Source of the DNA: Mytilus californianus
Taxonomy: Eukaryota
Reading direction: 5' to 3'
Assembly: GCF_021869535.1 (NCBI RefSeq)
Contig: NW_026262712.1
Coordinates: 47,368,001 to 47,432,000, forward strand
Length of the DNA: 64,000 nt
Part shown: positions 1 through 12,423 of the stretch, in pieces
Layout: the number at the start of each line of letters is the position of its first letter
Numbering within the stretch: position 1 is the stretch's first letter
Notes under the pieces: model-generated
What the model saw: only the letters and a program-made list of their open reading frames with translations
Told to the model about the DNA's origin: nothing
Databases searched by the model: none
Made by a program: the position numbers and the translations under genes

Positions 1-1029
1 TATGGTTTGCCTTTCGCTCATTGTTGAAATCATACGGTGACATATAGTTGTTTAAATTTACGTCATTTGGGATGTGGTGAGTAAATGTATCAATGGCAAT
101 CATATCATATCTTCTTATTTTTATTTAAACTATATATCACGTAGAATAACATAGAGTTTGCTATCATATCTGACTGTTAGTTAATCTTTTGTATTTTTCT
201 AAAAATGAAAATCATTTAGAAAAAGGTTTGGTTTCGCTCTTTTATGTATCGCCTTTTTAATTGCGAAAAAGTGAAAACAAAATTTCAAGATTATGTTTAT
301 CTTGTTAAGATACTAGAACACACCCATGACATCGGGAACGTCTATTTTTTTCTGTGATTTTTGATATTCGCATTGTCATCTGATGAAATCAGACAGTGCT
401 TACAATAGCTTTCTGTCTGCACCCGTCCTTGTTTTCTACCTTAGACCTACTTTTGTCTCTAGATTTATTGGCGTGTATGAATGCCACATGGTTGGCGCAA
501 AATTTGAAACAAGAAAAAAATTACAAAACCACCTATTTTAAACGTGCGTTGAATATCTTAACATGCTCTATATGAATAAAAGAAAACCAATTCCCCTGAA
601 TCTGACATTTTTATACGAAATATATAAGTAATTCAATACTCTAGATCTGAGATTTTGTATATGAAATATGTAAGGGTAAGCAGTTCTATCTCCGCATGCG
701 ACACCTGTCGTGTTACTCTTATAAAATAAGTTGATAAATTATATCACAAAATAGAGGAATGGTAATTGACTCTCTCCTAACCCTAAGACATCACCAAATT
801 TATAAACCATCGCCAAAGTAAATGTTCCAATCCTCAAACTTATTATAATGCAGTTTAAAAAATCAAGGATCAAGCATAGCAGTGGACACATAATCCGAAA
901 CCTGTGTAATGACGGAAAGTACACTAGAAATCATTTTGTTTTTTTTGTTTTCCAACCCCCCATTTAACCCATAATGAATAATCATCAGGGCGGAACCAAA
1001 CAATTTGCTTACGTCCTTACCGGAAGAGA

Positions 1030-2030
1030 GTCATATTGATTGATTGAATCTGGAAAAGAGAGGCGAAAGATACCAAAGGGACATTCAAACTCATAAGTCA
1101 AAATAAACTGACAACGCCACGGCTAAAAAAGAAAAAGACCAACAGAAAAACAATAGTAACCAAAACACAACATAGAAAACTGAAGACTGAGCAACACGAA
1201 CCCCACAAAAAACTGGGGGTTATCTCAGGTGCTCCGGAAGGATAAGCATCTCCTGCTCCACATGTGGCACCCGTCGTGTTGCTCATGTTAGAACAAACAG
1301 GTAATGAGTCTTATTCGGTAGGTCACATTCGGGAGAAGGGGACGAGATTTCAGTTACGACATTAGGAACATATCCGCTATCATCTGTAAAACGGATATTC
1401 TGTAACGGTCAACCAACTCGTGATGACGTCCGTAAAATTTACTAAGGGATGATTTCAACTTCACTACTTTGAACTCTTGGTTTATTAGCTTCCTTGTGAG
1501 CAGAAACCCTCTATCAAGGAAATCATGATAGGAAATACAAGCCCTGGAGTATCGTATCAACTGGGAGATATATAGTCCGTATGCAGGCGCTGCTGGAATG
1601 TTGCTACATAAAAATGGAAAGTTCACAATTGGGAAGCTGAAATCATCTCTTTTGTCATAAAGATTTGTTTTCAAACGACCCGCATTGTCAATTTCTAGAT
1701 GTAAGTCAAGATATCAGACAGACTTAACTGTATCTGTTGTATCCTTTATCGCAAGTTTGATGGGATAGATGCGTTCAACAAAGTCACCACATTTTGAATT
1801 ATTTTGTGAGAGAACATCATCTATGTAGCAGAAAGTAAAGTTAAAGGATACTGCTAACTTCTTTTCTTTCTTCCTAAGAAGTTTCTGTATGAAGTCAGCC
1901 TCATATGAATAAAGGAACAAGTCGGCAAGAAAAGGGGCACATTTGGTTCCAATGGGAATGCCGATTGTTTGTTGAAAAACAGGTCCTCCAAACATAACAA
2001 ATTTGTTGTCAATCGTAGTGGCGACAAATG
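1030..2030 (-). mobile_element. 5'-truncated, disrupted retroelement reverse transcriptase fragment (Penelope-like) plus its 3' flank
   Basis: ORFs 1714-1995 and 1354-1674 carry QQTIGIPIGTKCAPFLADLFLYSYE, CYIDDVLS (YxDD) and YDKRDDFSFPIVNFPF...ISQLIRYSRAC. They are broken by a stop/frameshift. The family assignment is from motif recall. Confidence 0.75.
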
Positions 2031-4021
2031 AAAACAGGTCTCCTCATTTAGTATTGTAGGGACTATATAAAGTCATTTATTTAAAAAAAAAAAAATATCA
2101 ACCCCAGTCTGTATGTTAATGTTAGCTGCAAAAACCAACTTTTTCTAGTTACTAGTAAAATACGGAAAAACGAAAAAAAAAATATTTAAAATGTGCTGCT
2201 CTTGACTAAATAAGTTTTAATAATAATCGTTTTTTTCTGTAGCTATAAAAGATATTTATTGCGGGAAATGATTAAGGCTTTAACTTTCTTGCTTGACAAT
2301 AATTTTGTTCGTTATGAAAATGCTTATATCGTCAAATAATCTGAATTCGTAAGAGTACTGACTGAGCACCTCTAAATACAAATCGTTTTCTTTATCGTTA
2401 TTAATGTTCTTTAAAGGAAAATAGTAATACTCGTTGATAAAACCAGAGTTTATGAAATATGCATTTTTATCATTAGCTTGAACACGAGTACATGGACCCC
2501 TCTTTTTTAAAATGACATTTGACTTGATACTGTATGAAGGTTATTTATTCCAATTTTTATGAAAAAATCACCAATGATTTTTTTTTTAAATTAGATAAAT
2601 ATACAGCAAAAAATGCCGGTTTTTTCTAAAATCATGAAAATTTAATAAAAATGAATTATATCCAAAGAATTGTTACACAAATTAAGAAGATACTTTTGTA
2701 AAGAAGATATTCCAAATCGTTTTACAAAAATCCGCATGTATTTATCTTTTGAAACAAAAAAGTTAAGTAGTTCTATCCAAAGAATAGAAATGTCCAAGAA
2801 ACCAACATTTTAGGTAAATGTCTTAAATTTCGACACCATTTATCTCTAAAATTAGCACATGAAGGTATATTTTTCATTACATATTTGAATTGACCAAGTG
2901 AAAAATAGCTTGTATGCAAATTTTCGTAAAAAATTCACCGTGGGATCGAAACTGTATCGTATGCCCTTAAATATAGATTCTACCACTGCAACAAGTGTGA
3001 TACAATTTTTATCAACTCGCGACAGTAAAATATTCAAGTTTAAAACGCGAGGCTCGTCTAGCGTTTTAAATATTTAAAATGTAACTGTCGAGAGCGGATT
3101 ATTATCGTTTTGCACGAGATTTGGTGGTGGAATCTGTTTCTCTAATGATTTTTAGACGATATACAGACAAATTTAATCCTTCTTTTCAAATGATCTGCAA
3201 AAAAGATGTGTTCTTTATATGTGACGTCATCAGGCAGGGTCGCCTTTTTTCATGACGTCACAATGGTAATTTCAAAGAAGAACAAGAAAATTTGACGTCA
3301 TAATCTAATATTGACAATAAAGAACTGAGATTAAACAAACTACACGTTGATTAAATAAAAATAATCAACAGGTCAGGAAAAGGATAAATCGGGTAAGAGA
3401 AATATATTTACAAAAAAAAAAAAAAAAATAAAAACAATATTCAGCTGAATATCATTTCTATTTGTAGTTAATATTATCAATTCTTAGAGATAACGGTATT
3501 GGTACAAAATTGAGATGGCGATGTTCTTCTTGTCGCATTTTCAAAACTATTGTTTTCTGAAATATGTCATAATATAGCTGACTTGACTGAATGTATCCTT
3601 GCGTTAACACAAACAAAACTTTCACAGCGCTTCAGATATCACAGACCTTTGGTCGAAAGTTGTCTCATTGGTAACTATACCACATCTCCTTATTTTTAAA
3701 CTGTAACAAGTTTCCAGCAGTTGCAAGCACATTTTTACGCTGTTTTCAATTATATCTTGCTAAATTGATTACACAACTGTGCAGGTGTTGTATTAAGTTC
3801 TTTAGTTTCACGATAAACAGTCTGGGTATGCAAAACAAGTAGAGGGGGAGGGCAATTAAAACTGGTTTAACCCATCACAGTGTGTGTCTGTACCAAGTCA
3901 GGCTAGCTGACCCTTGTGATGTTCTCTGTTTTTTGTCATTGTTTTTACCTATTATTTGTTCGGGGGAATCGGATGTTTGTGGTATGTGGTGTCTGTCGAA
4001 ATGTCCAATATTTCACTCATT

Positions 4022-4420
4022 GCTTTGAAGGATGTTCGCTTGTCATGTTTTGGAATTTTTGTCAGATTTTCGGAATCCTCTGGTTTTATCCATTTGAATG
4101 CCTTAAACAAATTTGCCCATTGACACCCATTTTTCTTTTTTATAAATCCTTTACATGTATAATGATAAGCCATCTGTAAAAGTCTTATAAAATTTTAATT
4201 ATTTTCAAATAGTTTTTGAGAACTTAAACTTGTCAATGATAAAGCTATGAAAAGTCAAGAGAGAACATTTTCCCGCCAAAATTTCAATGGCTAATATCTC
4301 GAAAACAAGCACCTTGACCTATATATTTTTTTTGCTCTTTTGATTCCTCTATTTATCCCCTATAAATATAAACTAGTGTTTTAAAAAGCTTATTATTTTG
4401 AAACTGAGAAGCGAACTCCC
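4022..4420. mobile_element. Probable truncated non-autonomous DNA transposon end
   Basis: Ends in ...GCGAACTCCC followed by TTAA, the same CC|TTAA terminus style as the MITE at 37297-38019. No matching left TIR was found. Confidence 0.35.
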
Positions 4421-5410
4421 TTAAAAGTTTTAATATAATCTTTTCGAAACCGTTTTTTCATTTTAAAAAAAGACAACATACAAACATATAATATGATGAC
4501 TTATTTCATAAATAATAAATATTAAGTAATTCAGCATTTAAAAAGTTTTGTATCTTGGAAGTTTATTTCAAAAAAAAAAATTAAAAATTACAAGATTATA
4601 ATTTTTAAGAACCAGTGGTTGATTTTAGTTGTTAAATGTTGTATAGACTAATTAATTGAGATCCAAAATATCCCAATTATATACCTTCATGGCGGACGCT
4701 ATATCATTTCAATGTAATGAGGTATCAAAATTTTCAGCCAACTTGAGAAAAAAAAAACCCCAGGATCGTATCAATATTCTGTACACGTTTAAGGTTGATA
4801 ATACTTGAGTTAAAATTTCCAAATACTTACCGCTTTTCTAGTAATAACTCCTCAATCATTCAAAGCTATCCCTATTTCAAATGAATCTTTTCCTGTTTTA
4901 AAGCTGTGTTAAACAAAAAGATTGACACGTAAAATTGGAATGGTCCAAAGAGAATCGTTTGGTGCTCTGAAAAAAATTCTGTTAACAATTTCGAAAATAG
5001 CAATTCGTCAGTAATGGAGACCTATCTAATTTTCCAAAAATGAACCAACTGAAATGTTTAAAAGATGATCAACCAATCTTCTGAAATTTCATTCCATTAT
5101 TTTAATTCATTTGCAGTAATAAATATTCTACAACATATCGACCACAAAGACAAAGGGTCGAATGAAAGATTACAATTATGTATTCTCAATATGATAATAA
5201 TGTACATATTGATGTCAGATTTGTGATCGTCGTTAAATCGTTTTACTACATGATTCGACGCTTGATATTGTCGATTCATTTTTCTATTGGCTAAGAACTT
5301 ATATGTTGACCTCTAAATTAAAGTCGTTTAAGTCGTTGAATTGTTGTCTCAACGGCGTAAAACTTATATTTCTTTTTAGGCATATTTACACAGTTAACTT
5401 AAATGTACTG

Positions 5411-5913
5411 TCATAACATGTCAAGACAAGTAAATGAATAAATGTCTGCTAAAAAAACCAAAAATGATACATACGTTTTTACATCTATTGTGCAATGTAA
5501 AGCATATAACAGTTGTTCCAACCACATTTCTATATCCTTTGTAGCGTCAATACATTTCATATTAGTACGAACAATGGGAAGAGAACATTCCTCCACCATT
5601 ACCACAACCAATTTTTCAATATCTTCGAAATCTCTAATTGTAGTATGCATTCTGCCTGACTTCTCTGAGAAGGTTACAACAACTGGCGTATGCTTCTCAA
5701 TAAATTGAAAGCTGTTTCCCATTTGGAGACCAAGTAAAAAGTCTCTGCCAATAAGTCCACAATTAAGGTTATATATCTTCTCAAGCATATCCACAACTCT
5801 CTCGACCCACGTTCTTTCAATGTCGACATCAAAATTTACGAACACAGCATCAAATGGTCTTGCGGGTAATTTTGGCCTTTGTTTCGAGTTAACATGATAA
5901 ATGTACGACTCTT
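5411..5913 (-). CDS. TIR-domain exon, probable terminal exon of the minus-strand receptor gene
   Basis: Translation FDAVFVNFD..ERTWVERVVDMLEKIYNLNCGLIGRDFLLG...PVVVTFS matches TIR box 1/box 2 (FDAF, RDF.PG). Strong acceptor ttctctttttgcag|AA GAG TCG in phase 1; TGA at 5411-5413. A possible internal donor (AC|GTATGT) lies near 5475. Confidence 0.75.
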
Positions 5914-6490
5914 CTGCAAAAAGAGAATACACTATACAGTGGATTCAACCTTTGTGCAAAAATATTCGACATAGTTTGTCTACGCTTAACTACAAAAAAA
6001 AAATCCGAAACAATGACACATCAACGAAGATCGCAGCAATTATAATAAATATTGTTCAAGATATCCCCTCGTTTTTGGTTGCTTTTCCATGTTTTGGACT
6101 TTCACCGAACGGGAACGCTTTTTATCATTAGAAGACTATAACAACGAACCTTGGTTTATTTTGTAATGGCTTATTGAATCAAGTACATTTCAAACAGTGT
6201 GCTCCATTGTCTTCATGTCTTAAAGAAGAGAGGTTTACGTGTCAAGTCGTATCTTAACGTTCAGACTGCAGGAATTTGAGAAGGTTGACACCACAAGCAA
6301 CTAATTCCGCTAACGGATAATTTGTCGCGACTTCTCGAGTAAATAATGACTAACCTATCAGTCGTCGTGAATAAGTACACTTGTGTACTCTATTATATAA
6401 AGACAATTAAAAATTAAATCGAAATGAAGTGTTTGTAAAAAAAGTTAGTTTACATTAATCTAAAAAAAGGCTGTCCTATAAAACATGTTT
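5914..6490 (-). pseudogene. Decayed signal-peptide/TM segment directly 5' of the TIR exon (TLR-like remnant)
   Basis: IFIIIAAIFVDVSLFRIFF..VVKRRQ is TM-like with a basic stop-transfer, broken by an upstream TGA and a frameshift in a T10 run. 6236-6300 and 6456-6482 align with 11851-11938. Confidence 0.35.
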
Positions 6491-6794
6491 GATGAAAGTT
6501 AAACGGGGAGAAAGTAAATCAAGATTATAAATTAAACGCATAAAACAGGGAGACAAAAGTTGAAATATAGTCGCATAAGTTTACACTCCTATGCAAGCAC
6601 ATTCATTCAGTCGTACAGTGTATGCAAGTTCACTTTTAAGAGTTTTGGCTTTTTATTTGCAATTATACCATTTCGTTTTAATTTCGTGTAAGGACTTACA
6701 TAATTTGTCTTGATGATAAACTATATTTCTAAACACAACTGAAAGTTCAAATAAATCAGCAGTAGATAATCGAACCATGTTGAAAGCATATTGA

Positions 6795-7445
6795 TAATGC
6801 TCTCCAACTTCGTTCTTTATCTGGCCTTTTTTAAAACGTTTTTGATTCGAGCGTAACTGATGAGTCTTTTGTAAACGAAACGCGCGTCTGGCGTACACAA
6901 GTTTAATCCTGGTATGTATGAGTTTATTAACAACCACTGGGTCGATACGACTACTGGTGGACGTTTCCTCCTTGAGAGTTAAACCAGCCCAGTAGTCAGC
7001 ACTTCTGTGTTGACATGCATCATCATTGATATGGTCATTATTATAAATTACCTGTTCACAAAACTTTGAATATTTCGAAATACTAAGGATTTTCTACCCT
7101 AGGAATAGATTACCATAGCTATTAGGCAAAGCCTTTATGTATTTAAGGTCCTGAATGCCATTCAACTTCGTACTTTTTTGGCCTTTTTATTTTCTTTTAT
7201 TTACAATCACAAATGTTAACAAAACTAAGATCTTGGATACTAGTGATTTGCGACCAAGGAATAGATTACCTCACCTATTTTTGCCAAAACCTTTCGGAAT
7301 TTTGTGTTTTAGATGCTCTTCATATTCGTTCTTTGTTTGACCTTGTTAAATATTTTGATAAGAGCATCAATGATGAGTCTTTGAAGACAGTACGTGCGTC
7401 TGGCGTACAAAATGTTAATCCTGGTATCTATGATGAGTTTGTTAA
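6795..7445 (+). repeat. Head-to-tail copies of a dispersed non-autonomous repeat family
   Basis: Core ...CTGATGAGTCTTTTGTAAACGAAACGCGCGTCTGGCGTAC...AATCCTGGTAT occurs twice here and again at about 42835-43120 (-), 44350-44490, 51780-51865 and 52525-52630 (-). Confidence 0.65.
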
Positions 7446-7664
7446 TATTTCTTTATGCTAAAATAGAATGGGTGTTATATATCTTGCCAACTACATAAAT
7501 GTAAGTGTATTGTAGGCCCATTTCCTTACGTCGTGGGGGTATTTATACATCTGTAGCTTTCGAAGGGTTTGGTTTGAGCGTTCTGATGAAGCTGAATCTG
7601 CCAAAACGCTTAAATGGTTTCATTCAGCATATCCAATTCATTAGAGAATTATTATAAAAATTAC

Positions 7665-7757
7665 CTTCTGGTAGCTGTAAAATTTCATTAGCTTGTGTAC
7701 TTTCCTCTCTGATAACGTTCTCCACCACATGATTATTCATTTGAAGAGCTAACTCGT
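7665..7757 (-). CDS. 93-nt cassette exon copy 1 (DELALQMNNHVVENVIREESTQANEILQLPE)
   Basis: ttgtag|AC...GAAG|gtaatt; phase 1-1; no stop; paralogous to four other copies. Confidence 0.7.
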
Positions 7758-8141
7758 CTACAATTGTAAAGTTGTAATTTTGAATTAACTGGTTGTTGCA
7801 ATGAATCGATATCATAATTGAATAATATGTTTCGATGAGTGATAATCATCATTCAAACTTGAAGAGGATCTGAAAAGTAACGAAGTTGCGATTTTGGCGA
7901 AAAATTAAAGGGATTTTTATACAAACCCCACAATAAAAAAATGATCCCTCCTTTCAGAATTTCGAGCCATCATATTACGGACGGGACAAAAACATTTTAT
8001 CAACCCCAACGTCGTTGCTTAGGGTGTGCCTAAACTATTTATCAATAAGCTGAACAAACCACATTATTTTGAAGCTATTATTGGAAATCAAGAAAATAAA
8101 AGTGAAACAAACAAAGGCTCAAAATCTGTAAACATATTTAC

Positions 8142-8234
8142 CCTCTGATTTCTGTACAATTTCATTAGCGTGAGTACTTTCCTCTTTGATAACGTATTTT
8201 TCACCCTGACTATTCCTATGAGGAGCTAATTCGT
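8142..8234 (-). CDS. 93-nt cassette exon copy 2 (DELAPHRNSQGEKYVIKEESTHANEIVQKSE)
   Basis: tttatag|AC...GAGG|gtaaat; phase 1-1; no stop. Confidence 0.7.
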
Positions 8235-9417
8235 CTATAAATGTAAAATTGTGATTGTGAATTAACTGTTCATAGCAATTTATCAATATCATAACTGTTT
8301 TTTTTTTATAGAAAAAAAACCCCCACTTTTTGATTAAATGTCTCGATGTCATCATCATTCAAACTAGAAGATGATCTGTAAAATAGATAAGTTACTATTT
8401 CGTCGAAGAAAAGGGATATGTATTGAAACCCCACAATCGAAAATATCGCGTTTCGAAAACTTATGTCTAATTAGAGATGCTCGAGTCCAAAATTTTTGAA
8501 AACCGAAACCTTAAAGAAACGTTGCAGAGCTACTATTATAAATAAGACCAAACATATTGCCATACCCGGACAAGAAATCAAAGCTATTTACAAGGGAGAA
8601 ACATTCCGCAATTGAAAATGATTTCCTTAGTGACAACAGCACATTTCAATTGACCATATCTTTGTATTCATGTCATTTATTTTCATCCTCGATTTTGATG
8701 AGTGAAAACTTCATTGAAAATTGAAGAGAATTTGATAAAAAATAAAGGAACTATCAAAATGACTAGAATGCACATGGGATATTGTAACAAGTCCCTCTTC
8801 CTTAATAAATACCCCCAAGCAAAAGGGTCCACCTTTTAACATTTATTTTGTTATGGAATTCATTCAATGTTTTGCTTGATGAGGGGACACCTTTTTACAT
8901 ATTTGAAGAAGGTCTCAGAAAAAATGAAAGCTCAGTTGGCAACAAGAACTAATATGCGATATTTATACCCTCCCACCAATGTATCTCATTCAGATTTTCC
9001 GGTTCATCAAACTCCCACATAGTTTAGGTCAGTTGAAATTTTCATTCAAATTGGATGAGGATAAATAAAAAATGAAAACTTTTCAAGGCGACAAGAATTA
9101 ATAAAGAATACTTTAACAAGTCTCCCTCCTCAAAAATTGTTGGTTTTGCTGGGTGGAAACCTTAATTCCAATTTTAACAGGATCTGGCAATTAATAAAGG
9201 CGCTAGCATGGCAGAAAAAAAGATGAAGAATGACTTAATGATCGAATAGACTTAAGAACGGAACAGCAACTATTACATACCACAACGTCGTTACTTAGCG
9301 TGTAACTAAACTATTCATCTAAGAGCTCAACAAACCACATTGTTTTGAAATTTATTACTGGAGATCAAGAAATTAAAAGTGAAACATACAAATGCTCAAC
9401 ATTTGTTAGCATATTAC

Positions 9418-9510
9418 CCTCTGATTTCTGGTCAATTCCATTAGCTTGTGTACTTTCCTCTCCGATAACGTGTTTTTCTCCATGATTATTCATTTGAAGA
9501 GCTATTTCGT
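9418..9510 (-). CDS. 93-nt cassette exon copy 3 (DEIALQMNNHGEKHVIGEESTQANGIDQKSE)
   Basis: attgcag|AC...GAGG|gtaata; phase 1-1; no stop; too short for the ORF track. Confidence 0.7.
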
Positions 9511-10398
9511 CTGCAATTGTAAAATGTAATTATAAATTAAAGGTTAAAAGCAACTAATCAATATCATAACTAAGATTTATTGATATGGAATTCTAAAATA
9601 ATATAAGTTTTAGATGTTTCGAAGAGTGGATATCATTAAAACTTGAAGATGATCTGAAAAGAAGTTTAGTTACTATTTAGTCTAAAACAAGGGGTATTTA
9701 TACAAACCCCACAATTGAAAAACAAATGGTCCATGATTTCAGATTTTTTGGATTATCGAGTCATCGCATTAAACGGTATTCATTTTACCACTTCAGATAC
9801 ACGGCTTGAAAATGTATGTCTCATCGGAGATGCTCAAGACCACAATTTTGAAAACCAAATCTTATAGAAACGTTATAGAGGTGATGTTATTAAAACGGAT
9901 CAAAAGTATTACCAAATTCTGAACAAGAAATCAAAGCTACACATGAGGGAGATACATCCCTTGTTGCAAATGATTTCTTTAGTTTGCAAATTGCAATAAA
10001 ACAATACCCTTATATTTATTTTTAACCACGGCTTTTATGAGTGGAAACTGCATTGAAAGTTGAGGAGTATTTGATAAAATGAGACAAGAATGTATATGTA
10101 TATGGATTTCCGTGTTATTAAAAAACTCTTCCGTGACTTCGGTAAGTGGAAATTTTCGTTCAATTTGATAAGTATATAAAAACAGAATGACAATCGGATG
10201 GACACCGGACGGACAGAAAACATTTTACCAACCACACTGTCGTTGCTTGGGATTTAACTATATCATTAATCAATTAATTCAACATACCACCTTATTTCAT
10301 CTTGCAATATATAATCAATTTCAAATATACAGACTAGATTGAAAGCAAAGAAATGAAAGTAAAACAATTTAAGGCTCAACATTTGTAAAAATATTTAC

Positions 10399-10491
10399 CT
10401 TCTGATTTCTGTATAATATCATTAGCTTGAGTACTTTCTTTCCCTATAATGTATTTAACTCCCTGATTGTTTATTTGAGGAGCTAATTCTT
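10399..10491 (-). CDS. 93-nt cassette exon copy 4 (EELAPQINNQGVKYIIGKESTQANDIIQKSE)
   Basis: attacag|AA...GAAG|gtaaat; phase 1-1; no stop. Confidence 0.7.
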
Positions 10492-10799
10492 CTGTAATTG
10501 TGAAATTAAAATTGTTTATAACAACTTATCAATGATATAACTGATTTATTTTTCTTATATGGACTTCTAAAAAGACCCATGGGTCAGATGTTTCGATGTA
10601 TGGAAATCATCATTTAAACTTGAAGAGGATTTAAAAAATAGTTCAGTTGCAATTTTGGCGAACAAAAGGGATATTTACTCATACCCAATAATCGTAAAAC
10701 ATTACCCCACATTTCAAACATAACATCCAATGGATTTAGTGTAAAGACGTCATTAACAGCTTATTAAACGGTTTAGGAAAAAGAATGATTTCTTTAGCA

Positions 10800-11940
10800 A
10801 ACGTTCTTCTTATAAAAATTTACATTCCTTACCAGGATAAAATTAATAAACATGTTGTAAAAATGTAAATGTGTAACAAAAGTGGATCTTATATTCATTA
10901 TTCATTTATTGCTTCATAAGCCTCAATCGCAATTTATGGCCAAAATAAAACAGACCATTCGAGCTTTGCTTTATTAAAAAAGCTTAGTGACAACTACGAT
11001 TATCTTTGTGATACAGTTTCCTTTGAATATTATTAAATCTGTTTTTTAGCACTTGTGTAGGTTTGAAGTTACTTGGGATTCTTGTGAAGGAAAGTGGAAA
11101 ATCAAAACGACCAACTTTGTTTTTGGCTGTCAAATTCGATTATCTTATTGATATTATCTGTTGAATATTGCAGTTATCACATATATATGATAAGCAAACA
11201 CATACTCAAGGATATTGACTTAATACGTGTACCCTTTCGTACTTGAGTAATTTTAGGAAACAGAAGTTTAAAATATATAAATCTATTAAGATGATACAAA
11301 TTAAGATCACAAACAAAAGCTGGTTAAAACATGAACCCCCAAAGGAAAGAGACCAATTGTGTCGACAGCGTAAGCGTCCAATGATATGCATGCAACATCC
11401 GCCACGCGATACACTCTTAAGTTGAAATGTCAGAATCGAAGTAATTACAGATGATACGACTGTTGGTATTGAGAATGTCTCAATATTGAGTACATTGGTA
11501 CATAAATAACCCATTATCAGTATTTGCCTTTTAGACGATTTCACATTGTTAAGTAGCTCAGTTATGACATAATGGTTCCTTGTACTTTTCTTACTTAAAT
11601 GTTGACATTGTGAAATTATCAAGTAAATGACGTCTGAGGTGCAGTGATTGGTATTGTAGTCAATGGTTGAAGATTATAGTAGATCATCTATGTTACTTGG
11701 TGTTCGTATAATCCTTAAATGAAAGCCGGCATTTAAGGGGTCGGTATTCCGTTTTCAATGTACTTTCTGAAGATAATGTTGACTTAAGTAACTGTCCAAT
11801 GGGTTGATTCAGTATGTTCTGATGGCTTAATGTCATACACCGGCGAAAGCTACGTGTCAAAACATATTCTCAGTGCTTGAATTCAGGAATTTGAGAACGC
11901 CGACACTACAAAGAATCTATAAAAGGCTGTCCTGTAACGC
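10800..11940 (-). pseudogene. Decayed TLR-like remnant (signal peptide, LRR-like, TM, possible TIR traces)
   Basis: LRR N-cap-like YNLQPLTTIPITAPQT; LRR-like stretch and TM LLFVILICIILIDLYIL in ORF 11206-11622; KIIVVVTKLF resembles TIR betaC. Many stops and frameshifts. DNA homology to 6236-6482. Confidence 0.3.
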
Positions 11941-12330
11941 CAATTTAGAAAAAAAAGATATTTCGGGTACACATTACATTTCAATCAGCTACTTAAAGCA
12001 TAAAATGGGATGACAATGTATTATTATATTCACTGCAATACATGCTCCTATAAAAGCACTCTTGGTGAATCGTAAAGAGTGTAAATATGTCCTTTCTTTG
12101 TTTTTTAGTTTGTACTCTCAACATACCTGAATATGTTTCTGTTTTGTGTGTAAGGACAATTATCGTTTGTATTTCTTAAATGAATTTAGATTTCGAAGAT
12201 ATTATCAAACCTGTTGCAGTCATTTTATGTATCTTTATGCTTACAAAATACAACTATGGAGGTTGTACATCTGGCCGAATCTGTTTGTGTTTTCATCATA
12301 TATTCATGATGGATTTAAGAAAATATTTAC

Positions 12331-12423
12331 CTTCTGATTCTTGTACAATTTTGTTAGTCTGATCATTTTCCATTCCGATAACGTGCTTCTCGACCTGAGT
12401 ATGAATTTCTGGACCCGTCGCAA
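12331..12423 (-). CDS. 93-nt cassette exon copy 5, most divergent (VATGPEIHTQVEKHVIGMENDQTNKIVQESE)
   Basis: gttacag|TT...GAAG|gtaaat; phase 1-1; no stop. Confidence 0.65.

Noticed and set aside
5097-5279. Possible extra exon downstream of the TIR exon
   Set aside because: Its acceptor phase does not match the available donors in the TIR exon, which has its own stop at 5411.
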